DNA of 64,000 nucleotides, taken from NCBI GenBank assembly GCA_964016885.1, contig OZ024740.1, positions 348,068,001 through 348,132,000 on the forward strand, given 5' to 3'. A model generated the notes under the pieces. The model was not told the origin of the DNA. It saw only the letters and a list, made by a program, of their open reading frames with translations, and did no database searches. Shown here in pieces: positions 63,748 through 64,000 of the stretch. The stretch is from Eledone cirrhosa. Its lineage: Eukaryota. The position numbers and the translations under genes are program-made. How positions within the stretch are numbered: the stretch's first letter is position 1; every line of letters starts with the position of its first letter.

Positions 63748-63805
63748 TCCATTCACCAGAGGTTTCTTAAAAGCAAAAAAAGTTTCCTTCAATCTTCAGA
63801 ATGAA
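63748..63805 (-). ncRNA. Hammerhead paralog, probably inactive (G at the cleavage site)
   Basis: Minus: ttcatt CTGAAGA ttgaagg..ttttaa GAAA cctctgg TG aatgga; direct repeat of the 62285 copy, 1463 nt away. Confidence 0.65.
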
Positions 63806-64000
63806 ATATACAAATATATACACACATACAGACACGCACACACACATATATATATATACATATATATATACATGTACATATATATATATATATATATATA
63901 CAGACATATATACACACATACACACACATACATATACACACATACATACACATATATATACATACACAAACATATACGTACACATATACATATATACACA

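Overview
AT-rich, microsatellite-dominated eukaryotic DNA, probably an octopod cephalopod (inferred from the tRNA-derived SINE and the huge (TA)n tracts). I can support no host gene; nearly all ORFs in the track are YI/HT/CV translations of microsatellites. The real coding remnants are all transposon-derived: an internally deleted Helitron (PIF1 helicase, both termini intact), two Penelope-like element (PLE) 3' ends with GIY-YIG endonuclease inside large inverted repeats, an L1/Tx1-type RT fragment, an R4/Dong-like RT fragment and a ~600-bp RTE-derived non-autonomous element. The main hidden signal is roughly 25-30 type I hammerhead ribozyme motifs (CUGANGA...GAAA...UH, usually with a palindromic stem III) from more than ten sequence families. 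Almost all sit in fold-back elements inserted in (TA)n tracts. Three families form tandem 323-476 nt monomers (retrozyme / satellite-2-like) and share an inverted octamer pair (ATGCAAAT...ATTTWCAY) 88-100 nt upstream of the ribozyme core. All motifs and coordinates were read by eye; ribozyme activity is inferred, not shown.
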